DNA of 64,000 nt from Alphaproteobacteria bacterium (GTDB lineage Bacteria > Pseudomonadota > Alphaproteobacteria > SP197): the NCBI GenBank assembly GCA_964291415.2, contig OZ219920.1, positions 1,536,001 to 1,600,000 of the forward strand, written 5' to 3'. The notes beneath the pieces were generated by a model that was given only the letters and a program-made list of their open reading frames with translations, did not search any database and was not told where the DNA came from. Each line of letters starts with the position of its first letter. Positions within the stretch are counted from its first letter, which is position 1. The position numbers and the translations under genes are program-made. Below are positions 1 to 10,126 of the stretch, one piece after another.

Positions 1-105
1 GGCCGACGAACTCCCTGGGACTTCCAGCCGCTGCGTGATGCGTCCCAGCTCTATTTTCGCGAGGGCGGCGATATCCAGGCTTCGTATTCCGGCACCGTGC
101 GCTGA
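1..105 (+). CDS. C-terminal fragment of a choline-sulfatase-like sulfatase (5' end outside window)
   Basis: Frame 1 reads GRRTPWDFQPLRDASQLYFREGGDIQASYSGTVR*, closely matching the C-terminus GRRTPWDWQPVRDASREYVR of the sulfatase at 23383-24876. Confidence 0.75.
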   Translation, partial: GRRTPWDFQPLRDASQLYFREGGDIQASYSGTVR

Positions 106-110
106 CGCCA

Positions 111-674
111 TCAACCGGGGCTGTCGGGACGGCGGTGACGCATCAGGAAGGGAGTCTGGGCAACGGCGAAGAGCACCGTCAGGCCGAGAATTCCGAACAC
201 CTTGAAGAACACCCAGGTCTCTTCATCCTGGGTGCGCCAGACGAGTTCGTTGAGACCGGCCATGACCGTGAAGAAGAGCGCGAACCTGATGGACAGGGTG
301 CGCCAGGCCTCATCGACCAGATCAAAGGCGCCGCCCATGACGAACTTCAGCGGCGAGCGTCCAATGGCGACGCCGCCGGCGAGAAGCGCGGCAAACAGCA
401 GTTGAACGATCGTCGGTTTCATCTTGATGAAGGTCGCATCCTGCAACGCGAGCGTGAGGCCGCCAAAGATTGAGACCAGAACGGCCGTCACCACCGCCAT
501 CTTCGGCACGTGACGGGCCACCAAGTATCCCAGGGTGACGGCGCCCAGCGTCGCCAGCACCAGCACCCCTGTCGCCACCATCAGATCAGCCAGCAGGTAG
601 GCGGCAAGAAACAGGGCCAGCGGCCCGTAGTCGGTTGCCGGCGTCAGCCACCCCGGCTTGTGTCCTTGATGCAT
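111..674 (-). CDS. yciB: Inner membrane septation protein A (YciB/IspZ family)
   Basis: DYGPL..F, ATGVL, FGGLTL..QDATFIKMKPT, LNELVWR and WVFFKVFG motifs; hydrophobic; start may be 683. Confidence 0.85.
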   Translation of the reverse strand: MHQGHKPGWLTPATDYGPLALFLAAYLLADLMVATGVLVLATLGAVTLGYLVARHVPKMAVVTAVLVSIFGGLTLALQDATFIKMKPTIVQLLFAALLAGGVAIGRSPLKFVMGGAFDLVDEAWRTLSIRFALFFTVMAGLNELVWRTQDEETWVFFKVFGILGLTVLFAVAQTPFLMRHRRPDSPG

Positions 675-739
675 TGCCCGCACTCTTCGACCGGTTTCCC
701 GCGCACCATGGCAGGGAGACGCATGCGGGGAAAGAGATC

Positions 740-1369
740 ATGCTCCACGATGGTATCGACGCAACCTTCGAGCACCTGCGCCAGGAAATCCTGCGTTTCA
801 TCGCGCATCAGGAGGACGGGGCCTCGGCACGGGCCCGCTCTGTTCTCTCCCGTGAACTCTCGTCTGCCAGGCTGCCGGACCGGATCCAGGAGGCGCGACG
901 GCTGCCGGGCTGCCGCCATCTCGATGCAGCACTCTCCATGGCCAGGCAGGGGGCCATGGCGGATCTCGCCGACGCCTTCGCCGCCCTGGAACCCTCGCTG
1001 CGCTGGATCCGCAGCGAGCACTATCGCGAGAGCCTTGGCGACGACTACATGAACAACTACTGCTACACCAACATTCTGGGTTTCGAGGCCCTCATTCCCC
1101 ACGACCGTGTCGTCGCCGCCTTCTTCGTGATCGGTCCCGGACGACACTATCCGCGTCACCATCACGAAGCCGAGGAGATCTACTATCCCTTCGGCGGCGA
1201 TACGCTGTGGGGTCAGGATGACGCCCCACCCCGACCGCGCCCGCCGGGGAAACCGGTTCACAACACCCCCTGGCTCCCCCACGAGATGATCACCCGCACC
1301 ACGCCGCTTTTCACGTTCTGTTTCTGGGTGTCGCCGGGACCGATTCAACCCGCCCAGCTGACCGGCTGA
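740..1369 (+). CDS. DMSP lyase family (DddL/DddQ-like) cupin
   Basis: Cupin motif GPGRHYPRHHHEAEEIYY and PWLPHEM..PL; purine-rich RBS before ATG 740. Confidence 0.7.
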   Translation: MLHDGIDATFEHLRQEILRFIAHQEDGASARARSVLSRELSSARLPDRIQEARRLPGCRHLDAALSMARQGAMADLADAFAALEPSLRWIRSEHYRESLGDDYMNNYCYTNILGFEALIPHDRVVAAFFVIGPGRHYPRHHHEAEEIYYPFGGDTLWGQDDAPPRPRPPGKPVHNTPWLPHEMITRTTPLFTFCFWVSPGPIQPAQLTG

Positions 1370-1380
1370 AGGAAACCGCC

Positions 1381-2190
1381 ATGGACCATGCCACGTTGAA
1401 GACCGCCGATGTGTCCCTCCACTGGGTCCGTGCGGGAACCGGACCGGATGTTGTCTGGTGTCCGGGCGGGGACCAGACCGGCGAGGAATGGGAGGAACAG
1501 TTCAGCTTCTTTCCGGACTACCGCTGCACGAGCTTTGATCCGCGTGGCGCAGGACGCACCGTCAGCCACCGCCCGCCACCATGGCCGATCGCGACGTACG
1601 CCGATGATGTCGCGGCCCTGATCAGGGAGGCCTGCAATCCTCCGGTCGTGATGGTCGGCCTTTCCATGGGCGCGCTCATCGTCCAGGAGATGCTGCTGGC
1701 CTGGCCGGAACTCGTCCGCCTGGGAATCGCCATGGGAACATCAGGCTCCAAGGGCGGTTTCATAGCGGAATGGGAGGATGCCGAGATCAGGTTCCGGGAA
1801 GCGGGTCACCGGCTGCCTCCCGACTTCGCCCTCGCCCACTATGCCCTGCTGATGTACCCCTCCGAGGTTCTGGGTGACAACGAGATGTGGGAGAGGTGCA
1901 AGCCGGTGGTGGCCGCAGCCTACGCCGAGCGTGACGGCGACATGCTCGCCGCCCAGTGGCAGGCCTGTCTCGACTACTCGGCCATGGACCGGCTCGCCGG
2001 CTGCACCCGACCGCTGCACGTGATCGCCTTCGACCAGGACATGCAGACGCCGCCGGCCCGCGGCCGCCTGGTGGCCGAAGCGGCGGCCGATGGCCACTTC
2101 CACCTTCTCGAGGGCCTGGGGCACTGTTCGCTCTTCCGACACAGGCCCGAAACCGTCGCGGCCAAGATTCGCGAGATCATCGCCAGCTGA
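1381..2190 (+). CDS. Alpha/beta-fold hydrolase
   Basis: DPRGAG, nucleophile elbow GLSMG, C-terminal GLGH. Confidence 0.9.
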   Translation: MDHATLKTADVSLHWVRAGTGPDVVWCPGGDQTGEEWEEQFSFFPDYRCTSFDPRGAGRTVSHRPPPWPIATYADDVAALIREACNPPVVMVGLSMGALIVQEMLLAWPELVRLGIAMGTSGSKGGFIAEWEDAEIRFREAGHRLPPDFALAHYALLMYPSEVLGDNEMWERCKPVVAAAYAERDGDMLAAQWQACLDYSAMDRLAGCTRPLHVIAFDQDMQTPPARGRLVAEAAADGHFHLLEGLGHCSLFRHRPETVAAKIREIIAS

Positions 2191-2274
2191 GAATCCGTCA
2201 TGCCTCATCCCGACGCTTGACATCGTCGCCCCGGCGGGAGTGATGATGCGTCGTCCGTATCGGGGATCGCATTC

Positions 2275-3456
2275 GTGCCGGTTCGTCTCGTTCGAATGCT
2301 GAACATCGAGGGTATTCCCCATGCCTTCGAGCTGGCCCTGATACTGGGCCTCATGATCCTGGCCCTGGCCATACCGGTCACCGTCTTTCCGCTGCGGGCA
2401 TTCGAACTGCTGGGCGACACGCAGCAGGTGAGTGTGCTCTTCACGGCCGTCGGAATCATGGGCCTGGGAGGGGCGCTCGCGCTTCCCTACATGCTGGCAC
2501 GCATGGGGCGTCACCGTCTGATGATGCTCGGTTTCACCAGCGTGCTGGTCTCCGCCCTCCTCTTCCCGATGGACAGCGGCCTCGCCTTCTTTCTCGCCGT
2601 CGTTCTCTACACCTGGGGGTTCTTTGCCGTCGACATCATCATCAACATGGTCACCATCGAAAGGGTGGGACGGCGGAGTTTCGCGCGCTTCGAGGCGGTG
2701 CGCATGGCTGTGCTGGGTCTCGCCTTCGCCCTGGGACCGTGGGCCGGTGTCCAGCTTTCATCGCGCGTCGGACTGTGGGCCCCCTTCGCGGCGATGGCGC
2801 TGCTGGCGCTCTCGACGGGTGCCTGGATCCTGTGGCGGCGCTACGTGACACCGTCAACGAGAACGGTCCGTGGCCATTCGAATCCGCTGCGCTTCATTCC
2901 CCGTTTCGCCAGACAGCCCCGCCTGCGCCTCGCCTATGTGCTGGCCCTGGCGCGTTCGGCCTGGTGGTCCGTGTTCTTCATCTACACCCCGATCTACTGC
3001 GTCAACAACGGCTTTACCGCTTCCGACGCCGGCCTCGTCGTTTCTGTCGGCAGCCTCTTTGTCATGCTGGCCCCGTTGTGGGGGCGTCTGGGCGCTTCGC
3101 TTGGCATGCGCCGGCATCTCATCGTCGGCTATCTCGCCACCGCCGTCGTGTCCGTGGCAGCAACGCTGCTCGCCGTCCTGCCCGATGTCGTCATCGGCCT
3201 GATCCTGGGGGCGTGCCTGTGCGCCTCATGGATCGATGCGGTTGGCAATGCGCCGTTCGTGCGCGCGGTCCACCCGCACGAGCGGGCGGAAATGATGTCC
3301 CTCTACACGACCTACAGGGAGTTCGGGCGTATCGTTCCCCAGAGCGTCTTCGCCGTCGTGCTGCTCGTCCTTCCGCTGTCGACGGTCTTTGCCTGGGTCG
3401 GTCTCGGCATGGCGGCGGGAGCCTGGTACGCCCGCTACATCCCGAAACGGTACTGA
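2275..3456 (+). CDS. MFS transporter
   Basis: About 12 hydrophobic segments with RMGRHR and LGMRR loop motifs; start uncertain (2275 or 2296). Confidence 0.85.
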   Translation: MPVRLVRMLNIEGIPHAFELALILGLMILALAIPVTVFPLRAFELLGDTQQVSVLFTAVGIMGLGGALALPYMLARMGRHRLMMLGFTSVLVSALLFPMDSGLAFFLAVVLYTWGFFAVDIIINMVTIERVGRRSFARFEAVRMAVLGLAFALGPWAGVQLSSRVGLWAPFAAMALLALSTGAWILWRRYVTPSTRTVRGHSNPLRFIPRFARQPRLRLAYVLALARSAWWSVFFIYTPIYCVNNGFTASDAGLVVSVGSLFVMLAPLWGRLGASLGMRRHLIVGYLATAVVSVAATLLAVLPDVVIGLILGACLCASWIDAVGNAPFVRAVHPHERAEMMSLYTTYREFGRIVPQSVFAVVLLVLPLSTVFAWVGLGMAAGAWYARYIPKRY

Positions 3457-3462
3457 GGGACC

Positions 3463-4197
3463 TCAGGCGGCATAGTCCGGTTCCCCGGCATCAAGCACAT
3501 CGCGCATGGCACGGAAGAACCGGTCGGAACGCGGTCGTTCACGGGCGTCGCGGCCAATCGCCGCGGCAACGGAGCGAGGGATTTCCTCGAGCGCATGCCC
3601 GTCGCCTGTAGCCAGGATCTGGTACATGCATGCACGCTCAAGCTGGTAGAGATCGACGTAGGCCTGACCCACCGTCCTTCCCGCCACCATGGCGCCATGG
3701 TTGCGCATCATGAGAACACGCTTGCCATCCATGGCGTCGGCCATGCGCCGCCCCTCGTCCTCGTCGACGAGAAGTCCGTCGTAGCTGTCGTAGTAGGCGA
3801 CATCATCGCAGAACTGCGCGGCCTGCTGCGACGACGAGGTGTCGAGACGCACACCCTTGCGCATGGAAAGGGCCGTGATGTAGGGCGCATGGACATGCAT
3901 CAGGCATCGCGCGTCCGGTATCGCCTGGTGCACCGGCATGTGAATGATGAATCCGGCAACGGTCGGGACCGGACCGCCCTCGTTGACGGGCTCGCCATCC
4001 TCGTCGACGGCTGCAAGGTTGCTGGCGTTCACCATGCTCCAGTGGGTATAGCCTGGCGTGATGATCATCACGCCGGGTTCATCGGGAGACATGACCGACA
4101 GGTGGTTCCATGCCCCCTCGTTGAGGCCATCACGCACCGCAAGACGGTGCGCGGCCGCGAGATCGCACCGCACTTCCCGCTCTGCCGCATTCCTCAT
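3463..4197 (-). CDS. Class II aldolase/adducin family protein
   Basis: DLAAAHR, NHLS, IHMPVH, HVH, MRNHG, LERAC motifs. Confidence 0.9.
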   Translation of the reverse strand: MRNAAEREVRCDLAAAHRLAVRDGLNEGAWNHLSVMSPDEPGVMIITPGYTHWSMVNASNLAAVDEDGEPVNEGGPVPTVAGFIIHMPVHQAIPDARCLMHVHAPYITALSMRKGVRLDTSSSQQAAQFCDDVAYYDSYDGLLVDEDEGRRMADAMDGKRVLMMRNHGAMVAGRTVGQAYVDLYQLERACMYQILATGDGHALEEIPRSVAAAIGRDARERPRSDRFFRAMRDVLDAGEPDYAA

Positions 4198-4272
4198 CGC
4201 CCATCCTCGCGATTGCCCGCTCCGTCAATGTCCCCCGGCGCCCGGTGGCCGTCAACCGGCATAGCGGCGGCC

Positions 4273-6132
4273 TCAGTTCCAAAGACCGTAGTAGAAGGGG
4301 AGTACGACGGAGGCGGTCGCCCATACGAAGAAAACCATGGGCAGACCGGCACGCACGAAGTCCATGAACCGGTAACCGGCAGGCCCCATCACCAGGAGAT
4401 TGGTCGGAAAGCCCATGGGCGTGGCGAACGCGCAGTTGGCAGCGAAGACGACAGCGACGGCAAAGGGCTCGACGGGAGCGCCGACATCCGCTGCCAGAGA
4501 CACGGCGATCGGTGTGAAGAGGACGGCAACCGCCTTGGCACCCACCAGGTTGGAGAGTACCGCAACGAGCAGGAAGAAGGCGGAGAGGACGACCGGTGTC
4601 GGCGCATCAACGAGAAGACTGGCAAGCAGGCCGGAGAGAATCTCGGCGCCGCCGGTTTCCTGCAGCGCCTTGCCCAGGGCCAGGGCAGCGGCGATCATGA
4701 GCACCAGGTCGGCCCCGATGGAACGCCCCGCCTGACGCAGGGTCATCACGCCGATGGCCAGCATGGCGACGGCCCCTGCAAGGGCGCTGATGACGATCGG
4801 CACGATATCGAGCGCCGCCACGCCGATCACGACGGAAAAGATGATGAGCGCCCGCCACGCCTCGGGCGCCGACGGAATGTCGCTCACCGACCACTCGATC
4901 GGCAGGATACCCGGACGTCCCCTCAAGCCTGCCTTGGCCTCTGCGGTCCCCTGGATCAGCAGCACGTCCCCTGCGGAAAGCGGCAGATCGGTAATCGGCC
5001 GCCGTATACGGGCGGTCCGGCGCTGAACGCCAACCACGACGCAGTTGTAGCGATAGCGGAATCCGATCTGTTCCAGCGTGCGGCCGATGAGTTCCGAACC
5101 CGGCGTGATCATGATCTCGCTCAACATCTGGCGGCCGCGCAGCCAGGGAGGCCTGCCGTGGGTTTCATCCTCGCGCGGGATCCAGGCATCACCCAGCGAA
5201 GGGTGCAGGAGATCCATCTGGCCGCGAACCGTCTCGGTGAGCGAGGCCCGTGTCGCACTGACGATAAGGATATCGCCGTGGCGCAACGCCGCGTCGTCCT
5301 CGAAGGGCGGCAGCATACTGGTCTCTGCGCGGCGGATGGCATGGACGGTCACCTCGCCAAGGTCGGGGAAGAAGCCACCCCTCGGCTTGAGGCCGTGGAG
5401 CGGACGGTCCTTCACGACGTCAATCTGGGCAAGGAACTGACGGTCTGACGCCAGGGAGGACTCACCGGTAGTGTCGTGTCCGGGGAGCAGGCGCCTTACC
5501 ACAACAAGGGCGAAGACAAGCCCCGGAATGGCAATCGCGAGCCCGGGCAGCGTGAAGTCGAAGAATCCAAAACCCTGCGTTCCGAGGTCCTGCAGCATGC
5601 CGTCGACCAGGAGGTTGGTGCTGGAGCCGACCAGTGTCGTCATGCCGCCCAGGATGGCGGCATAGCTCAGGATCATCAGGACTCGGCTCGGAGGCGAACC
5701 GGCACGGCTGGCGAAGGCCTGCAGGATGGGAATGAAGATCACGACGACGGGCGTGTTGTTGAGGACGCCGCTGATCAACAGGACGGTCGCGAGAGAAAAG
5801 ACCAGAGCCACGTTGGGACGCCCGCCTGCGGCGCCCAGCAGCACCCTGGCGAGGCGGTCGAGCGCACCGGTCTGGGCCAGGCCCTGGCCGATGACGATGA
5901 GGCCGATCAGAGCGAGCAGGGCCGGACTCGCGAACCCGGCCAGCAGAACGTCGGGACTCAGCCTGTTGCGTCCATCCGCTCCGGATTCAGGGAACACCTG
6001 GAACGCCAGCATCAACAGGCACAGGATGGTGAGCGAGGCCAGTTCCATCGAGGCCCGTGGCGCTGCATAGAGCACCAGCGCCAGAACAATGGACGCAAAG
6101 GCGATGGTTGCGCCGGGATCTACCGGCATCAC
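4273..6132 (-). CDS. SLC13/DASS-type permease with two TrkA-C domains
   Basis: SGVLNNTPVV, GGMTTLVGSSTNL, FATPMGFPTNLLVMGPAGYRF; central soluble region. Confidence 0.88.
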   Translation of the reverse strand: MMPVDPGATIAFASIVLALVLYAAPRASMELASLTILCLLMLAFQVFPESGADGRNRLSPDVLLAGFASPALLALIGLIVIGQGLAQTGALDRLARVLLGAAGGRPNVALVFSLATVLLISGVLNNTPVVVIFIPILQAFASRAGSPPSRVLMILSYAAILGGMTTLVGSSTNLLVDGMLQDLGTQGFGFFDFTLPGLAIAIPGLVFALVVVRRLLPGHDTTGESSLASDRQFLAQIDVVKDRPLHGLKPRGGFFPDLGEVTVHAIRRAETSMLPPFEDDAALRHGDILIVSATRASLTETVRGQMDLLHPSLGDAWIPREDETHGRPPWLRGRQMLSEIMITPGSELIGRTLEQIGFRYRYNCVVVGVQRRTARIRRPITDLPLSAGDVLLIQGTAEAKAGLRGRPGILPIEWSVSDIPSAPEAWRALIIFSVVIGVAALDIVPIVISALAGAVAMLAIGVMTLRQAGRSIGADLVLMIAAALALGKALQETGGAEILSGLLASLLVDAPTPVVLSAFFLLVAVLSNLVGAKAVAVLFTPIAVSLAADVGAPVEPFAVAVVFAANCAFATPMGFPTNLLVMGPAGYRFMDFVRAGLPMVFFVWATASVVLPFYYGLWN

Positions 6133-6429
6133 GACACGCGCTGTGGCCGGCCCGGATCCGTCATCCCGGCCCTACCCCATGGCACCACCGGGAACCGGCG
6201 CGATGACAACGCTGCTGTGTCCCGTGCGGCGGGCATGGCCGCTCTCCGATCCTCACGCCGGACCAATTTCACCCGTCGCCCGCATGGCGTCAACATCGCC
6301 AGGGTGACGATGACGGACCGAAGAATGTCGGCTAGACTTCATGCTGTGCGGTTGGTCCTCCCCGGGGATTTCCCCCGGCCTTCTGTCGTGCCAGGGCCAC
6401 CCGGGACCAGGGAGATTGTGTTGTCCGAG

Positions 6430-6699
6430 GTGCGATTCATCACGACAAGTCTCTTTGTCATCATCACCGTGGTGCTGGCAATTCTCTATTCGTCCCTATC
6501 CATCGGCGGTCTCTGGGCCATGATCGATGCCAACAGTCTCGTTGGATTGCAGGCACTGATCGAAAAGGACGTCGACCCCGACCTGTGGCTCGAAGTCGGC
6601 CTGCCCGTTCTGGGATGTCCCTTGTGGATCATCACGGCCGTCATCAGCGCATTGCTCTTGCTGGTGCGCCGGCGCCGCAGGTCACGTTACCTGACGTAA
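6430..6699 (+). CDS. Small membrane protein of unknown function
   Basis: 3' part of ORF 5476-6699; two hydrophobic helices around GGLWAMIDANSLVGLQALIE..DPDLW; Arg-rich tail; GGGAG RBS upstream. Confidence 0.6.
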   Translation: MRFITTSLFVIITVVLAILYSSLSIGGLWAMIDANSLVGLQALIEKDVDPDLWLEVGLPVLGCPLWIITAVISALLLLVRRRRRSRYLT

Positions 6700-6801
6700 T
6701 CCCAGGTGCGGGACCACTGATGACATCGGTACCTCACTACGGGCGTCTCTGAGGCAGAGGTTGATCTGCACGCACTCGATCCAGTTCGCGCCAGGCTGTA
6801 T

Positions 6802-6818
6802 TTGATTGACCAGTCAGA
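6802..6818. promoter_or_regulatory. Putative TetR/BetI-like operator TTGATTGACCAGTCAGA
   Basis: Exact reverse-complement copy at 15645-15661; quasi-palindromic, AT-rich, intergenic. Confidence 0.65.
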
Positions 6819-6925
6819 TAGTTTGGGCGATCCTCAATGGGTCTGCAATCAGGTGACCCGGACTCTCATGATACCCTGAGCCACCGGTCTCCGGGCCAAT
6901 GGCAATCTGGAGGACCATATCCATC

Positions 6926-8263
6926 ATGATTCCTGCGCAATCATTCTCTCGCCGGTCGTTTCTGGCTGGCCTCGGGGCGACGGTGGCGTTGCCTTCAAGC
7001 GCCCTTGGCGCTTCCGGCAACCCGGATGTCGTGGTGGTGGGAGCCGGAGCGGCCGGCCTTGCCGCGGCTCGAACCCTGCTGGATGAGGGTTTGTCCGTCC
7101 TCGTCCTCGAGGCTGCGGGACGAACGGGCGGACGGGCATGGACGGAAAGCGACACCTTCGGCGTCCCCTTCGATCACGGGTGTTCCTGGGTCATGGGTCC
7201 GGCGGATCTTCCCTATATCGCCATGGCGCGCGAGTGGGGGTTCACGCTGCACAACCACAACAGCGCCGGAGAATCGATCTTCGTCGGCGATCGCAAGGCG
7301 ACCGGCACGGAAAGGGGCGAGTACGACCGCGCCTGGGACGCCATCAACAGCGCTCTCAACAAGGCGGGGCGCGACGGCCTCGATGTCGCCGCGTCGACGG
7401 TTGTTCCGTCCGACATGCCGTTTTCCGGCGTGTCCCAGACGTGGATGGGAGCCATGGACTTCGCCGTCGACTTCGACGAGCTGTCGACCCTGGACAACTG
7501 GATGTACGGCGATGTCGGCGCCTACTACATGATCCGTGAAGGGTTCGGCACGCTTGTCGCCCGCGATGGTTCCGGTCTTCCCGTCGTGCTGGAAACCCCG
7601 GTCACCGCCATCGACTGGAGTGGCGATGGCGTGGCGGTGGAGACGCCTTCCGGCACCGTGCGGGCGCGGGCCTGCATCGTCACCGTATCCACAGGCGTGC
7701 TGGGCTCCGGAGACATCTCCTTTGCCCCCGCCCTTCCGTTGTGGAAGCAGGAAGCCATCGACCGATTACCAATGGGACTCCTGATGAAGATCGCCCTCAA
7801 GTTCGACGGTGAGCGGTTCGGTCTCGGCGACAACAACTGGCTGACCTATCACGTGGAAAACCTGCTGCCGGCACGCGCATGCTATTTCCTCACCTTCCCC
7901 TTCAGTTTCGATCTCATGATCGGCTTCACGGGAGGGCGTTTCGGCCGCGAACTGGCGGCAGCGGGGTCCGATGCCGCGATCGATTTTGCCCTGAGCGAGC
8001 TTGCCGCAATCTTCGGCAGCGACGTGCACAAGCACTTCGTGAAGGGGCTGGCGACTGACTGGGACAGCAATCCCTGGACGCGCGGCGCCTATGCCGCGGC
8101 CCTCCCCGGCCACCATGGCGCCCGAGCCGAACTCGCCCGGCCGGTCGCCGACAGGATCTACTTTGCCGGCGAGGCTACGGCCGCGCCGTGGTATCAGCTC
8201 GCCGGCGGCGCCTGGCTCAACGGCCGATTCGTCGCCCGGGAGGTTGCCGCCGTTCTGTCATAG
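6926..8263 (+). CDS. Tat-exported flavin monoamine oxidase family protein
   Basis: SRRSFL twin-arginine signal, GAGAAG FAD motif, LEA..RTGGR, FAGEAT; GGAGG RBS. Confidence 0.88.
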   Translation: MIPAQSFSRRSFLAGLGATVALPSSALGASGNPDVVVVGAGAAGLAAARTLLDEGLSVLVLEAAGRTGGRAWTESDTFGVPFDHGCSWVMGPADLPYIAMAREWGFTLHNHNSAGESIFVGDRKATGTERGEYDRAWDAINSALNKAGRDGLDVAASTVVPSDMPFSGVSQTWMGAMDFAVDFDELSTLDNWMYGDVGAYYMIREGFGTLVARDGSGLPVVLETPVTAIDWSGDGVAVETPSGTVRARACIVTVSTGVLGSGDISFAPALPLWKQEAIDRLPMGLLMKIALKFDGERFGLGDNNWLTYHVENLLPARACYFLTFPFSFDLMIGFTGGRFGRELAAAGSDAAIDFALSELAAIFGSDVHKHFVKGLATDWDSNPWTRGAYAAALPGHHGARAELARPVADRIYFAGEATAAPWYQLAGGAWLNGRFVAREVAAVLS

Positions 8264-8916
8264 AGACTCCGCCGCATTTGGTGAGACAGCTTGCTCAAGC
8301 CACGCTGTGCTCCACCGTCCGGCGGCCGCCCTGCGGAAAACTGCCGCGCCGCCAATGTCGACACCGATATCGGGGAAGGCGCCGCTTGACGCCACGAGTC
8401 CATTTCAGCGGATCTCCAGCCGTGATTGATGTCGGCGGGGCACGTGAAGGAGCCGACCCCGGCATCCGTGATGCCAACGCGACACAGGGATGCGGTCAGC
8501 CTCTCGTCGGTGGCGATCCGAAGGAATCCCGTGTCTGGCTGGTCGCCGAGCACGCGCCGCTTTGCCTGCTGTCCAGCAAGGCGGGATTTGTTGGCGCGCC
8601 GGTGGCGGCGGCCAGGTGACATGTGTCAGCGTGCCCCGATCCAGCAGGATCGTCACGTGGCAAAGCTCGAGGTGCTTGTGACCCCGCACCACAATTCGGA
8701 CAGGCAACCCCTGGACGGGTTCACGAGCCTCGTTCCGTGTGCGTGCGTGCATGATCGGTATCCCGGCGGACGTCAATCATTCAGGCCAGTCTCGATTCGC
8801 CGAAGTTGCCGCTGGATGCAGGACCGGACAGAACCGCATGGTGGTGAACGCAAGCGCCGGGGCAAGGGACGTCCACCGGCAGTTGGTACCCGGAAGAGAG
8901 GTGAGCGGGGCAAGAC

Positions 8917-9813
8917 GTGAACGCAACGATCGCATCTCATGATCGTCCGCAGTTGGGAATCGCCCTGATCGTGCTGGCGGTCGGCATCTGGGCGCTGCAC
9001 GACGCGGCCAGCAAGTGGTATGCCGCGACCTACCCTGTCTTCGTCATCCTCTTCTGGCGCAGCCTGTTCGGAATGGCGCCGGTCTTTCTGTTGGCGAGCC
9101 GTCAGGGTGGTTTGCAACGCATGTCCCTGCGGCTTCACATTCTCAGCATGTTGCGCGGTGCGGTCGGATTCTGCGCCTTTGCGAGCTTCGTCTTCGCGCT
9201 GCCGCTGATGCCCCTGGCTGACGCCGTGGCCGTCGGCATGGCGGCACCCATCTTCATCACTGCGGCCTCGGCCTGGATCCTGAAGGAACCGGTCGGTCCG
9301 CATCGCTGGGGCGCAGTGCTGCTGGGATTCGCGGCCGTGCTGTTCGTCGTCCGGCCGGGCGGGCAGATTCCATGGGAAGGTGCGGTGCTGCTGCTTGGCT
9401 CGAACATCATGTTCACCACCGGCATGATGATGACACGGGTGCTGGGTCGCGTGGTCACCACAGCCTCACTTTCGATCTACACCGCGCTGGCTTTCACCGT
9501 CTTCAGCACGATCGCGGTCGCGTTCGTCTGGGTGACACCGGCGTGGGACGACGCTGTCGTCCTGGCAAGCGTCGGCCTCATGGCTGGACTCGCCCAGTAC
9601 GCCATGACGGCGGCCTTCCGCATTGCGCCACCCTCCGTGCTCGCGCCGTTCGAATACACCGGGCTCGTCTGGGGCGTGGTGCTGGGATTCCTGATCTGGG
9701 GCGAGTGGCCAAGCCGGGAAGTGATGATCGGCGCGAGTGTCATCATTGCGGCTGGTCTCTACATCATCCACCGAGAACGCATTGCCGCGCGAAGGAGACG
9801 CAACCACGCGTGA
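8917..9813 (+). CDS. DMT/EamA family transporter
   Basis: 10 TM segments; LKEPVG.HRW.AV, APFEY, LIWGEWP. Confidence 0.9.
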   Translation: MNATIASHDRPQLGIALIVLAVGIWALHDAASKWYAATYPVFVILFWRSLFGMAPVFLLASRQGGLQRMSLRLHILSMLRGAVGFCAFASFVFALPLMPLADAVAVGMAAPIFITAASAWILKEPVGPHRWGAVLLGFAAVLFVVRPGGQIPWEGAVLLLGSNIMFTTGMMMTRVLGRVVTTASLSIYTALAFTVFSTIAVAFVWVTPAWDDAVVLASVGLMAGLAQYAMTAAFRIAPPSVLAPFEYTGLVWGVVLGFLIWGEWPSREVMIGASVIIAAGLYIIHRERIAARRRRNHA

Positions 9814-10126
9814 TCGAGCATTCGTTGAGGCGCCTGGAATGTGTTTCAGGAAGGCGACGACAGGTCATCAGGATAAACGGTGAATTCGGCTGCGATGCCG
9901 TCCTGAAGCGCTTCAGGATTCCAGCCTTTCGTCGCCAAGGTCATCGACCGGTTCGATGTCGGCCGCACGGCCTTCGCCCGGCGTGGTCCGGCTGTGACGC
10001 ATCAGGGAGCACGCCGAAGGCCATGGTCCGTGGCAAAGCTCATGGGGACACTTGGCACCCTTGCCGGCACAGACCCACTGTTGATGGGCGAGAACGCTGT
10101 GGCACCACCGGAGCGAAGCTCGACCC

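Noticed and set aside
3595-5448. Long antisense ORFs (also 32041-35577, 40392-42899, 23305-25350, 19928-21607)
   Set aside because: Shadows of well-supported genes in GC-rich DNA; no motifs and implausible composition
8264-8916. 650-bp gap; a minus-strand frame contains CHLAAATGAPT, reminiscent of family 9 glycosyltransferases
   Set aside because: Only a short motif in a broken frame; cannot be called without a search
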